This document shows, piece after piece, positions 25,661-35,592 of a stretch of 64,000 nucleotides of DNA; the first letter of the stretch is position 1; the number at the start of each line of letters is the position of its first letter. Under the pieces are notes generated by a model. That model ran no database searches, was not told the DNA's origin, and saw nothing but the letters and a program-made list of their open reading frames with translations. Source of the DNA: an uncultured Tabrizicola sp. (GTDB lineage: Bacteria; Pseudomonadota; Alphaproteobacteria; Rhodobacterales; Rhodobacteraceae); assembly GCA_964393035.1 (NCBI GenBank), contig CAYMRX010000003.1:212846-276845 (forward strand), read 5' to 3'. The position numbers were made by a program, and so were the translations under genes.

Positions 25661-26990
25661 GGGTCAAACTCTCGACCAGAAGGCTTGGCACCCGCGTTGA
25701 CAGATGCGCCCGCGCGTCATTTGCTGCAATCATGCTGCGCAGCATGTCCTTGAGATTGCCCGCAATTGTGCATTCATTGACCGGGAATTTCACCTGCCCG
25801 CCTTCAACCCAGAAGCCCGAGGCGCCGCGCGAATAATCGCCCGTCGTCGGGTTGATGGTGGATCCGATAAGCGACGTTACAAGCAGCCCGGTGCCCATCT
25901 GCGCAATCAGATCGTCGCGGCTGAACACCCCCGGCGTCACCTCGATGTTCGAGGTGGCAGGCGACGGCGGCGAGGAGGTGCCGCGCGCGGCATTGGCCGT
26001 GCTGGCCATCCCCAGCTTGCGCCCTGTGGCCAGATCCAGCGTCCAGCCCATCAGCACACCATCCTGAACGATCATTCGCTTTGCCGTCGGCAACCCTTCG
26101 CCATCAAAGGGGCGAGAGCCAGAAATACGCGGGCGCAACGGGTCTTCGATGATCGACATGCCTTTGGGCAGCACTTGCGTGCCCAAAGCATCAAGCAGCC
26201 AGCTTGCGCCCCGCGCAATCGAGGTGCCGTTCACTGCCGACAGCAAATGCCCAATCAGGGAGGCCGCGATGCGTTCGTCAAACAGCACAGGAAAGTGGCC
26301 GGTCTTGGGTTTCACCGCCCCCGCGCGGGCCAAGGCGCGTTCGGCGGCCAAGGCCCCAATCCCAATTGCATCCGGCAGATCGGCCTGAAACACCCGGCCT
26401 TCGCCCGCAAAATCCCGCTCCATCCCGGTGCCTGTGCCGGTAAAGGCCACGGCGGACACCGACCGCGAGGTACGGGCATAATGGCCAGAAAATCCATTGG
26501 TTGCCGCAAGATAGACCTGCCGTGCCGAATAGCCTGCGCTGGCCTGAACCTGGGTGATACCCTTGGCGGCCATTGCGCCCGCCTCTGCCGCGCGGGCGTC
26601 TTGCTCCAAGGCCGCGGCCGAAGGTTCGCCCGCAGGATCGGCCAGCTCCAGCCCTGCCAGATCCCAATGCTGCGCAATCTGCGAAGGGTCGGCCAACCCG
26701 GCCGTTGGATCCTCAGGCGCCTCGCGCGCCATGGCGACGGCCCGCTCGGCCAGCGCCGCAATCGTTGCCGCCGACGTATCGGACGCGGAAACACACGCCT
26801 GCCGCCCGCCGATCAACACCCTGAGGCCGATCTCCACCGCCTCCGACCGTTCGGCCTGTTCCAGCGCGCCCGCCCGAATGTCGATCGAGGTCGAACTGCC
26901 ATCCAGCGCCATGGCATCGGCGCTTTCGGCACCCGCCTTGCGGGCAGCGTCCAAAAGGGCATGGGTCAAGCGTTGAAGCGTGTCGGACAT
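25647..26990 (-). CDS. pmbA: TldD/PmbA-family metalloprotease (PmbA/TldE)
   Basis: 447 aa with family-typical full-length similarity (...GYSRGASGFWVEGG...). Confidence 0.88.
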   Translation of the reverse strand: MSDTLQRLTHALLDAARKAGAESADAMALDGSSTSIDIRAGALEQAERSEAVEIGLRVLIGGRQACVSASDTSAATIAALAERAVAMAREAPEDPTAGLADPSQIAQHWDLAGLELADPAGEPSAAALEQDARAAEAGAMAAKGITQVQASAGYSARQVYLAATNGFSGHYARTSRSVSAVAFTGTGTGMERDFAGEGRVFQADLPDAIGIGALAAERALARAGAVKPKTGHFPVLFDERIAASLIGHLLSAVNGTSIARGASWLLDALGTQVLPKGMSIIEDPLRPRISGSRPFDGEGLPTAKRMIVQDGVLMGWTLDLATGRKLGMASTANAARGTSSPPSPATSNIEVTPGVFSRDDLIAQMGTGLLVTSLIGSTINPTTGDYSRGASGFWVEGGQVKFPVNECTIAGNLKDMLRSMIAANDARAHLSTRVPSLLVESLTLAGA

Positions 26991-27089
26991 GAGAGCCTCC
27001 TATTTCCGGGGCTTTGGGCCACAAGCGTGACCAAGCTGCAAGGCCAAAGCAAGGGGGCGACCAAGACGGGCCGCCCCAAACCGCATTGG

Positions 27090-28574
27090 TTACTGCAACT
27101 GCTGGCCGTTGGCGTAGAAATGCTTGTCCTTGAATTCCAGCGTCGAGGTCAGCACATCTTCGCCCTCGCCCGCCTTGGCAAACATCGCGAGCATCATCCG
27201 CGCGCCCATGGCCTGATCCTCGGTCACCAGCCCCATGCTGACCAGCTTGTCCAAAAGCCCGTTGCCGCCCGTCAGCTTCATTTCAAGGGTGCCCGTCGGC
27301 ACCGGCGCGCCGCCATAAGTCGTCAGATCGGTGTTGTCGAAGGTGAACGCCCCTTTTCCGGTCAGTTCCGCCCCGGCCATGCGCGCGGTGATGTCGTTGA
27401 CATTCAATGACAAAAGCTCTGCGTCGGGTGGGGTGCCTTCCGGTGTGGCCAGCAGATCGGACTTCAGCCGCGCCTGACCTGTGGCATCAATCACCAGCGT
27501 TGCGGGATCATGCGGCAAGACGCCTGTCGGGTCGAACAGGCCCCAGATCTCATCCGACACCTGCAAATCGACGATCTTGTAAAGCAGGGCAAAATCCTGC
27601 CCGGCCTCGGCTTTCGACAGGGGCACCGTCAAGTTGAACGCGCTTTCGGCATAGCTCAGCTTGACCTCTGGAAAGGGCAGGTCGGCACTTGAAAAGGTTG
27701 CCTCTACCGCATTGCCGCTGCCTGACAACGCCATCCGGGACGCATCCACTGCCAGTTGGAACGCTCCCCCCTGCGAACCACCGACCAGTTTGGACGGACC
27801 CGTCGCATCGGTGATGTCAAAATCATAGTTGAGAGCGCCCAAGGACAGACCCATATCCAACGCAAAGCCCTTGGCCAGCGCATTGGAAAACTCCGGCTCC
27901 TCCATCCCTGCGGAATTGCTCTTGATCGTGCCGGCAAGATCGGCGGCGCTCAGCGTGCCTGCAAAATTGGTTTCTCCCTCCGCGCCCTCCAGCGACAGGG
28001 CCGCCGAACTAGCCGCAAAAGAGCCATCCAGCAGCTTGGCCGTCGCCGGGCCGGACAGATGATATGACGAACTCGCCCCGCTGAGCAGCACCCCGATCTT
28101 GCCTGCCGGTTTGCCATCCTCGGTCGGCGTCAGCGCAAGATCGACGCTTGGCATGTCAAAGGCATAGGCCATGTCGCCGACCGAGCCGGACACCGTGCCG
28201 ACCAGACCCGGCATCTTCATCGTGCCGGTGGCGCCAAAGGGCTTGCCCCCGTCAACGCCGGGGGAGGCAGAGGTAAAGCTGGCCTCCTCGGCCATGGTCA
28301 CTTCAACCGTGCCATCGCCCTTGTCCCGCAGACGAATTTCGGAGATTGCGGTTTCGCCCTTGCCCTCGGCCCCGTCGAAGGCCGCCTTGACATCCGTCAC
28401 AATCAGGGTGTCCCCATCGCGCGCCACCGAGCCGGTGGTCACGGTGCTGCCCATGGTGGCCATGACATCTTGCCAGCTTTGCCAGACGTCTTCCGGGGTC
28501 ACATCGGCCAGTACGGGATTCGCGGCGATCAGGGCCAAAACAGCAGCACTTCCGGCCAGCTTCCACGTCTTCAT
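27090..28574 (-). CDS. Secreted hypothetical protein (resembles the alphaproteobacterial DUF2125 family)
   Basis: Start at the internal ATG (MKTWKLAGSAAVLALIAANPVLA, a signal peptide). Coding-like Ala/Gly/Thr-rich composition. No catalytic motif recognised. Confidence 0.65.
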   Translation of the reverse strand: MKTWKLAGSAAVLALIAANPVLADVTPEDVWQSWQDVMATMGSTVTTGSVARDGDTLIVTDVKAAFDGAEGKGETAISEIRLRDKGDGTVEVTMAEEASFTSASPGVDGGKPFGATGTMKMPGLVGTVSGSVGDMAYAFDMPSVDLALTPTEDGKPAGKIGVLLSGASSSYHLSGPATAKLLDGSFAASSAALSLEGAEGETNFAGTLSAADLAGTIKSNSAGMEEPEFSNALAKGFALDMGLSLGALNYDFDITDATGPSKLVGGSQGGAFQLAVDASRMALSGSGNAVEATFSSADLPFPEVKLSYAESAFNLTVPLSKAEAGQDFALLYKIVDLQVSDEIWGLFDPTGVLPHDPATLVIDATGQARLKSDLLATPEGTPPDAELLSLNVNDITARMAGAELTGKGAFTFDNTDLTTYGGAPVPTGTLEMKLTGGNGLLDKLVSMGLVTEDQAMGARMMLAMFAKAGEGEDVLTSTLEFKDKHFYANGQQLQ

Positions 28575-28707
28575 GTTAAACCCCTTGTCGAATTGATTGC
28601 CCCAAAACATCCGCCCCCGACTGGCCAGCGTCAAGAGCGCAAATCGGCGGTTTCAATTGGGTCGCCGGATGGGCTAACACTTTCGCAGGTCAGGCAAAAG
28701 GTGTGTC

Positions 28708-29454
28708 ATGCAGGGTAAAGTGGTCGCGATAACCGGGGCAAGCCGGGGGATCGGCGCGGCAGCGGCGCGCGTCTTTGCACAGGCCGGGGCAAAGGTTGCG
28801 CTTCTGGCACGAAACCGGGGAGAGATTGAGGCGCTGGCCGCTGAAATCGGTCCGGCGGCACTGGCCCTGCGCTGCGATGTGGCAGACTGGACCTCGGTCC
28901 AGCGGGTGGTGGCAACCACGGTGCAGCATTTTGGTCGTCTGGATGTGTTTATCAACAATGCAGGCACGATTGAGCCGATCGCCCGTCTGGCCGAGGCGGA
29001 ACCCAGCACTTGGGGCCGCGGCATTGATGTGAACCTGAAAGGTGTTTTTCACGGGATGCGTGCCGCCATCCCGGTGATGCGGGCGCAAGGTGGCGGCACG
29101 ATCATCACGGTATCATCAGGCGCGGCCCGCAATGCGTATGAAGGCTGGTCCAGCTATTGCGCGGGCAAGGCTGGGGCCTTGATGCTGACGCAAGCCGCGC
29201 ATCTGGAAGAAGGGCCGCATGGAATCCGCGTGCTTGACCTGTCGCCCGGCACGGTGGCGACCGATATGCAGGTCAAGATCAAGGCCAGCGGTCTGAACCC
29301 GGTCAGTCAGCTTGATCCGTCGGTGCATATTCCGGCCAGTTGGCCCGCACGGGCGCTGTTGTGGATGTGTGGAGCCGAGGCCGATCCGTGGCTTGGCACG
29401 GACATCTCGTTGCGCGATGCAGCGGTGCGCAAGGCAGTGGGGCTATATGCATGA
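28708..29454 (+). CDS. Short-chain dehydrogenase/reductase
   Basis: 248 aa. Motifs TGASRGIG, NNAG, YCAGK. Confidence 0.88.
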   Translation: MQGKVVAITGASRGIGAAAARVFAQAGAKVALLARNRGEIEALAAEIGPAALALRCDVADWTSVQRVVATTVQHFGRLDVFINNAGTIEPIARLAEAEPSTWGRGIDVNLKGVFHGMRAAIPVMRAQGGGTIITVSSGAARNAYEGWSSYCAGKAGALMLTQAAHLEEGPHGIRVLDLSPGTVATDMQVKIKASGLNPVSQLDPSVHIPASWPARALLWMCGAEADPWLGTDISLRDAAVRKAVGLYA

Positions 29455-30065
29455 TCGAGATTTCACGCGAAACCGGGCTGTGGGTGCTGACGCTCAACCG
29501 TCCTGACAAGGCCAATTCGGTGACGAAGGCGATGCTGACCACACTTGCCGACGCGGTGGACGAAGCCCGCGCCGCGGGCGTGGCCGCGCTGATCCTGACC
29601 GGGGTGGGCAAGGTGTTTTCTGCCGGGGCCGATCTGGAGGATGCCCGCGCCGGGCTGGCCACCGATCCGGTCTGGGAACGGCTTTCTTCGGCGATTGCCG
29701 CCTTTCCCGGCCTGACCATTGCCGCGCTGAATGGCACGCTGGCGGGCGGGTCGATGGGCATGGCGCTGGCTTGCGATCTGCGGCTGGCGGTGCCGGGGGC
29801 CAAGTTCTTTTACCCGGTGATGAAGTTGGGCTTTCTGCCGCAACCGTCAGACCCGGCCCGTCTGGTGGCGCTGGTCGGCGCGGCACGGGCCAAGATGATC
29901 CTGATGGCCGGGCAAAAGATCGAAGCCGACGAAGCCTTGGCCTGGGGCCTGATCGACCGCATCCTGCCGGGCGAGGCCTTGATGGACACCGCCCGGACGC
30001 TGGCCACCGATGTGCTGGCGGCCAAGCCCGGTCATGCGGCGGCGATCAAGGCGATGATCGTTTAG
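29451..30065 (+). CDS. Enoyl-CoA hydratase/isomerase (crotonase) family protein, short form
   Basis: Start at the internal ATG (MIEISRETGLWVLTLNRPDKANS), with an ATGA overlap onto the SDR. Oxyanion-hole context FSAGADL and GGSMGMALACD. At 204 aa it is shorter than typical crotonases. Confidence 0.78.
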   Translation: MIEISRETGLWVLTLNRPDKANSVTKAMLTTLADAVDEARAAGVAALILTGVGKVFSAGADLEDARAGLATDPVWERLSSAIAAFPGLTIAALNGTLAGGSMGMALACDLRLAVPGAKFFYPVMKLGFLPQPSDPARLVALVGAARAKMILMAGQKIEADEALAWGLIDRILPGEALMDTARTLATDVLAAKPGHAAAIKAMIV

Positions 30066-33000
30066 GCCGCCACCCGCGGCCCGAACAGCCACCACTTGCG
30101 GCGCGGTTTTTTCACATCGTCATGCGACACCAGCATCAGCATCGACGGCGTCACCACCAGCGTCAGAATCGTGGCAAAGGCCAGGCCATAGACGATGGCC
30201 GATGACAGCGAGATCCACCATTGCGTCGAAGGCGCGCCGATGGTGGTTTCGTGGTTCAGAAGTTCCAGATTCAACCCGAAGGCAATCGGCAGCACCCCGA
30301 AAATCGCGGTCAATGCGGTCAGCACCACCGGGCGCGCCCGCTCGCGGCAGGTTTCCAGAATGGCCTCGATCTTCGACATGCCATGGTGGCGCAACTCATC
30401 ATAGGTGGCGATCAGCACGATGTTGTTGTTCACAACCACACCGGCCAGCGCGATCACCCCGATGCCGGTCATCACCACGCCGAACGGCTGGCCCATGATC
30501 ATCAGGCCAAGGAAAACCCCTATGGTCGACATGATCACCGCCGACAGCACCAGACCGACCGAGATGAACTTGTTGAACTGCGCCAACAGGACGCCAAAGA
30601 TCAGGAAGATCGCCGCCCCAAAGGCCTTGCCCAGAAACGCCCCGGCCTCGGCCTGTTCTTCATCCTCGCCCGCCATGGTCCAGCGATAGCCCGCGTCGGT
30701 CAGCTTCTTGTCGCGGAACTCTGCCTCGACCAGTTTTGCGACGGCATCGCGCACCGGCTGTTCCTGCACGCCCGCGGCAATCCCCGCCTGAATGGTGATG
30801 GTGCGCGCGCCGTCGATGCGGGTCAGCGTGCCCACCGTCGGCGCGGGCTGGCGGGTGACAAAGTTGGATATCGGCACCGGCCCATCGGGAGTTTCGATCC
30901 GAAGCTGATCCAGCGCCGCAATGTTGCGCTGCGCCGAGGGCAGGCGCAGCACGATGTCCACCGCATCATCGCTGCCTGCCGGGCGATATTCCGTCAGCCG
31001 CAAACCGCCGGTGACCATCTGCACCACAGCCCCCACCGCCCCCGGCGACGCGCCATAACGTGCCGCCTCGGCGCGGTTCACCCGCAACTCCCAGTCGATA
31101 CCCGGCAACGGCAAACCATTCGACACATCAATCACATGCGCAACGCCTGCCACCTTTTCCGCCAGATCTCGGGCGGCCTCATTCAGACCATTCGGATCAT
31201 CGGCGGAAAGCCGAAGCTGAATGGCCTTGCCGGTCGGTGGCCCAGCCTGCGGCACCGACACTTCGATATCCACACCCGGAATCCCCACCATCACCGCGCG
31301 CAGATCGCTGAGGATTTCGTTTGCGTTCTTGCGCTCGCGCCAGTCGACGAATTCATATTGCAGAACGCCGATGGCGTCGGCAGGGCCTTCGCCCATGGAT
31401 TGCCCGGCGCTGCCAACACGGGTGTAAATGGTCTTGACCCCCGGCCAGCCCAGAAGCCGCGCCTCTGCCTGTTTGACCAGCGCGTCCTTTTCGTGGATCG
31501 ACAGGTTGCCCCGTGCCTTCACATACAAAAGACCATAATCCGGCTCGACGTTCGGGAAGAACTCCACCCCCTTGCCGATCTTGCCATAGACCACGGGCAC
31601 GGCGACCAGACTGCCAACCGCCAGCATCAGCACAATCCACGGATGCCGGATGGCACGGCCGACCAGCGCCATATAGGCCCCGTCCTTGTGGTGGGGCGGC
31701 ACCTTGAAGGGCCGGGCAATCAGCGCACCCAGAACCGGCACGAAGATCAGCGCATAGGCCATGGAGGCCGACAGCGTGGCGATCAGGGTGATCGGCATGT
31801 ATTTCATGAACTCGCCCACCACGCCGGGCCAGAACAGCAAGGGCGAGAAGGCGGCGATCCGCGTCATGGTTGACGCGATGACCGGACCTGCCATGCGATG
31901 GCTTGCTTCGGCAAAGGCTTGGCGGCGGTCCTGCCCTTCGGCCATGCGGCGTTCGGCATATTCCACCACGATGATGGCATCATCCACCAGCATGCCGACA
32001 GCCAGGATCAGGCTGAACAGCACCACAAGGTTCACGGTGAGCCCCGCCATTTGCAGGCCCAGAATCCCCATCAGGAAACTGGCCGGAATGGCCAGACCGA
32101 TCAGGATCGACGACCGCACCGTCAGCGCATAAAGGATGACGATGAACACCAGCACCACCGCCGTCAGGACCGAGTTTTGCAGGTCCGACAGCAACTGGCG
32201 AATGGTGGTGGATTTGTCCTGACTGAAGGAAACGACCACGCCCTCCGGCAGGTCTTTTTGCAGCGCCTCGGTTGTGGCTTTCACCGCATCGACCGTCTCG
32301 ATCAGATTTGCCCCGACCCGTTTTGACACCTCAATCGCAACGGCGGCCTTGCCATCCAGCCGGGTGATGGTTTCGGGGTCTTTCAGGGTGGGGCGGATCT
32401 CGGCGATGTCCATGGCGCGGACCACAGCGGTATCCGACGCGACCACGGGCAGACGGGCCACATCTTCGACGGTTTCCAGAAGCGAGGGCACCTTGATGGC
32501 ATAACGGCCCTCGGCCCCTTCCATCGCGCCTGCGGCAATCAACTGGTTGTTGGCCATGACACCCGCGATCATGGCGTCGGGGCGCAGACCATAGGACGAC
32601 AGCTTGGCCGGGTCGATGATGACCTCGACCAGATCATCGCGCGTGCCGCGCAGACCCGCTTCCAGCACACCGGGAATTTCTTCGATCCGGTCGCGCAAGG
32701 TGCGCCCTGCCGCCGTCAGCACCCGCTCCGGCACATCGCCCGACAGCGTGACCACCAAGACCGGGAATTCCGAGATATTGACCTCGTTCACCGTCGGCTC
32801 GTCGGCTTCGGACGGCAAATCGCGCCGCGCGTCATCCACCTTGTTGCGCACATCTGTCAGCGCCTTATCAAGGTCGGCACCGGCCTGAAACTCCATCAGC
32901 ACGTTGCCACCGCCCTGATAGGCGGTCGCGGTCATCTTCTTGATACCCTGAATGGATTTCAGCGCGGTTTCCATCGGGCGCAACAGCAGACGCTCGCTGT

Positions 33001-33172
33001 CTTCGGGCGAGATGCCTTCGTATCCCATCGAGACATAGATGATCGGAATCTGGATGTCCGGCTCGGCCTCTTTCGGGATGGTCATGTAAGCCATGGTCCC
33101 CGACAGGATCAGAAAGACCAGAATCGACAGGGTCAGCCGCGTGTTGCGGATGGCAAACTCGACAAGGTTCAT
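30062..33172 (-). CDS. RND efflux transporter, AcrB/AcrD/AcrF family inner-membrane pump
   Basis: 1036 aa with 12-TM/two-loop architecture and a family-typical N-terminus (FAIRN..LT..L..L.L.G). Confidence 0.93.
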   Translation of the reverse strand: MNLVEFAIRNTRLTLSILVFLILSGTMAYMTIPKEAEPDIQIPIIYVSMGYEGISPEDSERLLLRPMETALKSIQGIKKMTATAYQGGGNVLMEFQAGADLDKALTDVRNKVDDARRDLPSEADEPTVNEVNISEFPVLVVTLSGDVPERVLTAAGRTLRDRIEEIPGVLEAGLRGTRDDLVEVIIDPAKLSSYGLRPDAMIAGVMANNQLIAAGAMEGAEGRYAIKVPSLLETVEDVARLPVVASDTAVVRAMDIAEIRPTLKDPETITRLDGKAAVAIEVSKRVGANLIETVDAVKATTEALQKDLPEGVVVSFSQDKSTTIRQLLSDLQNSVLTAVVLVFIVILYALTVRSSILIGLAIPASFLMGILGLQMAGLTVNLVVLFSLILAVGMLVDDAIIVVEYAERRMAEGQDRRQAFAEASHRMAGPVIASTMTRIAAFSPLLFWPGVVGEFMKYMPITLIATLSASMAYALIFVPVLGALIARPFKVPPHHKDGAYMALVGRAIRHPWIVLMLAVGSLVAVPVVYGKIGKGVEFFPNVEPDYGLLYVKARGNLSIHEKDALVKQAEARLLGWPGVKTIYTRVGSAGQSMGEGPADAIGVLQYEFVDWRERKNANEILSDLRAVMVGIPGVDIEVSVPQAGPPTGKAIQLRLSADDPNGLNEAARDLAEKVAGVAHVIDVSNGLPLPGIDWELRVNRAEAARYGASPGAVGAVVQMVTGGLRLTEYRPAGSDDAVDIVLRLPSAQRNIAALDQLRIETPDGPVPISNFVTRQPAPTVGTLTRIDGARTITIQAGIAAGVQEQPVRDAVAKLVEAEFRDKKLTDAGYRWTMAGEDEEQAEAGAFLGKAFGAAIFLIFGVLLAQFNKFISVGLVLSAVIMSTIGVFLGLMIMGQPFGVVMTGIGVIALAGVVVNNNIVLIATYDELRHHGMSKIEAILETCRERARPVVLTALTAIFGVLPIAFGLNLELLNHETTIGAPSTQWWISLSSAIVYGLAFATILTLVVTPSMLMLVSHDDVKKPRRKWWLFGPRVAA

Positions 33173-34308
33173 GGCTGATCCGCCTTTTGGGCGGCCGCTT
33201 GCGCCGCCTCGGCCTCGGCGCGGGTCAGTTCCTTGACGACAACCATGTCGCCGTCGCGCACCAGATCCTGCCCGGCCACAATCACCCGTGCGCCCTGCGG
33301 CACGCCCGTCACCATGAAGCCCTGCTCGGTGTCATCAATCAATTGCACCGGCAAAAAGGCTGCCACATCGCCGTCTCCCGCCACGCGCACGCCCACCTGC
33401 CCGGCCTCGTTCAAGGTCAGGACCGACCGGGGCACCAGCAGCGCCGGTTGCGCCGCCGCGGTCAGCCGCACCTCGGCGGTCATGCCAGACGGAATTGCCC
33501 CATCCGGGTTCGGCAGAGCAACCTCCAGCGCAAAGGTGCGGGTCTTGTCGCTGGCCTTGCGGGCCAGATGCCGGACCGTGCCTTCCAACTCGGCCCCCGA
33601 CACCAGCCGCACCTTGGCCTTGGCTCCAACAGCCACATGCGCCACATCCTGTTCGCTGACCTCTGCCTTGACCACGATCGGGTCCAGCGAGATCAGCGTC
33701 GCAATCGGCGTGCCGGCCTGCACCCACTCTCCGATTTCCACATTCACCGCATCAACCGTTCCAGCAAAAGGCGCGGTCAGCGACAGACGATCCGCGGCGG
33801 CCTGCGCCTGTGCCAAAGCGCCCTCGGCCGCGGTTTTGGCGGCACGGCGGGCGGTCACTTCGGTTTCGGGCAGGCTACCCTTGGCCTTCAGCGCCTCACC
33901 CACCGCAAGCTGTTCCGCCGCTTGGGCAAGCTGGTCTTCCGCCGCCTTGACGGCGGCACGCACATCTTCACCTTCCAGCAAAAGCACGGTCGCACCCGCC
34001 GCCACACCATCGCCCGCCGCAGCCCCCAGCTCCTGCACGACGCCATTCGAGCGCGCCGCAAGAACGGCCAGCTTGTCGGCCTCGGTCACGCCGGAAATGC
34101 GGATCAGACGGGCGTAATCGGCCAGATCAGCCCTGACCACGGCCACGGTGCGCTTGGGCGTCTCGGCCACGGGTTCCGCTGCTCTGGTCTCGGTGGCCTC
34201 GGCCTCCTCGCTCCCCACGGCGGCAAAATGCCCGGTCAGCACCCAAAGGGCAGCCAGAACAAGAACCACCAGAGCCAGAAGCCGATGCCGGGGAAGACGG
34301 AAGACCAT
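33169..34308 (-). CDS. RND efflux periplasmic adaptor (membrane fusion protein)
   Basis: ATGA overlap with the pump gene. Membrane anchor MVFRLPRHRLLALVVLVLAALWVL, then coiled-coil and beta-barrel segments. An alternative TTG start at 34395 is possible. Confidence 0.82.
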   Translation of the reverse strand: MVFRLPRHRLLALVVLVLAALWVLTGHFAAVGSEEAEATETRAAEPVAETPKRTVAVVRADLADYARLIRISGVTEADKLAVLAARSNGVVQELGAAAGDGVAAGATVLLLEGEDVRAAVKAAEDQLAQAAEQLAVGEALKAKGSLPETEVTARRAAKTAAEGALAQAQAAADRLSLTAPFAGTVDAVNVEIGEWVQAGTPIATLISLDPIVVKAEVSEQDVAHVAVGAKAKVRLVSGAELEGTVRHLARKASDKTRTFALEVALPNPDGAIPSGMTAEVRLTAAAQPALLVPRSVLTLNEAGQVGVRVAGDGDVAAFLPVQLIDDTEQGFMVTGVPQGARVIVAGQDLVRDGDMVVVKELTRAEAEAAQAAAQKADQP

Positions 34309-34449
34309 GCCAAATGCCTTTGCGATAACCGTCACCCACCACGGGATGCCCCGCAGCCGTGACACATGAGCGGAAAGATCATGCCTTTTCAGCAAAGGTC
34401 AATGGCGCATGCAGGTTTTCTTGCCGGCGCGCGCCTGCTTTCCCTTACG

Positions 34450-35154
34450 TCAAATCATCTTCAAGGCATCCTTGCCCACCGCCAGCACATAACCGCGCCG
34501 GGCGATGGTCTTGACCAGAAGTTCACTGACCAATTGATTGCCCAGCGCATCGCGCAGCCGCTTGACCCGCGTGGCACCGGCGGCCTCATCGCAATCCGCC
34601 TCATTGCGACCTGAAATCACCGCTTCGATCTGCGCGCCGGTCAGCACCTCATCATCCATCCGCGCCTCGGCCAGAACGGCAAGGGTTTCCAGCGCGGCTT
34701 CGGTCAGGGCAAATTCCATGTCATTGATATAGACCGCCCGCGCCTCGCGGCTGATAAGCATGGTCGCCACCTGAATACCCGCACGTTGAATCGCCGAAAT
34801 CCGGCGGTTCAGGGCAACGATGGTGACAAGAAACACCAAGGACGCAATCAAAAGCGCGGTGGCAAACACCAACAGCACGAAGATCACCGAGCGATAGCTG
34901 GTCAACACCTCGGAAAACGAGGTGCCAGACTGCGCGAGTATTTCCAGAAGCTTGATCTCGGCCCCGGTGGTCAGGTTGTCGTTTTCGATGAACAACCGTT
35001 CCACCCGCGCATTGAAGGCGTTGGCGTCCGGCAGGTTCAGGAACAAAAACACCGCCGCGCCCAGAAGGATCAGGACAATGGCGGAAATCCCAAAGGCAAC
35101 CACCCGGTTGCCCGCGCGCAAACTGTCAGAAGCGGAGGAAGTATTCGGCTGCAC
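34450..35154 (-). CDS. Membrane-anchored transcriptional regulator: two TM helices followed by a C-terminal OmpR/PhoB-type winged-helix domain
   Basis: TM1 VVAFGISAIVLILLGAAVFLFL and TM2 VIFVLLVFATALLIASLVFLVTIVAL. The C-terminus ...EFALTEAALETLAVLAE...VLTGAQIEAVI...RVKRLRDALG...LVKTIARRGYVL matches the trans_reg_C pattern. Start ambiguous (GTG 35193, GTG 35154 with a GGAGGAAAGGAAAG RBS, or TTG 35121). Confidence 0.65.
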   Translation of the reverse strand: MQPNTSSASDSLRAGNRVVAFGISAIVLILLGAAVFLFLNLPDANAFNARVERLFIENDNLTTGAEIKLLEILAQSGTSFSEVLTSYRSVIFVLLVFATALLIASLVFLVTIVALNRRISAIQRAGIQVATMLISREARAVYINDMEFALTEAALETLAVLAEARMDDEVLTGAQIEAVISGRNEADCDEAAGATRVKRLRDALGNQLVSELLVKTIARRGYVLAVGKDALKMI

Positions 35155-35404
35155 TGGCTTTCCTTTCCTCCAGCCCTTCGGGACCAAAAACACTCAATAC
35201 ATTCAACAATGTCCATCCCGCGGCGGCAAGCCGATCCGCGAGTTCGGCCATGGCAACAGCCTTGTCACAGGCGGAGACCTGCGCCACACCATAATGCAGC
35301 CGCAGGGGGTCATCCTGCTTGGCCTTGTAATCGGCAAAACACTCAGCCTGAACTGGCAGGGCAAGGGCGACAAGCAGGCCAAAGGCAAGGGATAGGTGGC
35401 GCAT
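35126..35404 (-). CDS. Small secreted protein (92 aa) with two Cys in the mature part
   Basis: ATG start. Clear signal peptide MRHLSLAFGLLVALALPVQA followed by ECFADYKAK.... First gene of the regulator-MFP-RND string. Its 3' end overlaps the regulator ORF. Confidence 0.5.
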   Translation of the reverse strand: MRHLSLAFGLLVALALPVQAECFADYKAKQDDPLRLHYGVAQVSACDKAVAMAELADRLAAAGWTLLNVLSVFGPEGLEERKASAAEYFLRF

Positions 35405-35592
35405 GGAAACGCACTCCTGATGGGTCTGGTTCCATCCTGCACATTCTCTGGCGGGCTATACAATATCTAAACAGGTTTATGGCTTTGCTATCGCCTAACA
35501 GGGCGGCGTTATTGCTTGGCTTTGGCCCAGGGGGTCACGGTTTGCCCATCAGATGCGATCCCCCGCAGCGGGCAAACAAAAACGAGGCAGCC

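Noticed and set aside
22355-31873. Other long antisense ORFs (22355-23869 minus, 25704-27410 plus, 30221-31873 plus, 33187-34362 plus)
   Set aside because: Each lies opposite a gene with strong family signatures (DEAD-box helicase, PmbA, RND pump, MFP) and shows the same Arg/Gly/His/Pro-biased translation. None has an independent RBS or terminator.
34411-34438. GCAGG...CCTGC hairpin with an internal GGCGCGCGCC palindrome after the membrane wHTH gene, considered as a terminator
   Set aside because: It has only a 5-bp outer stem and no U-tract on the minus strand. It lies inside the possible 5' extension of the MFP ORF. The evidence is insufficient.
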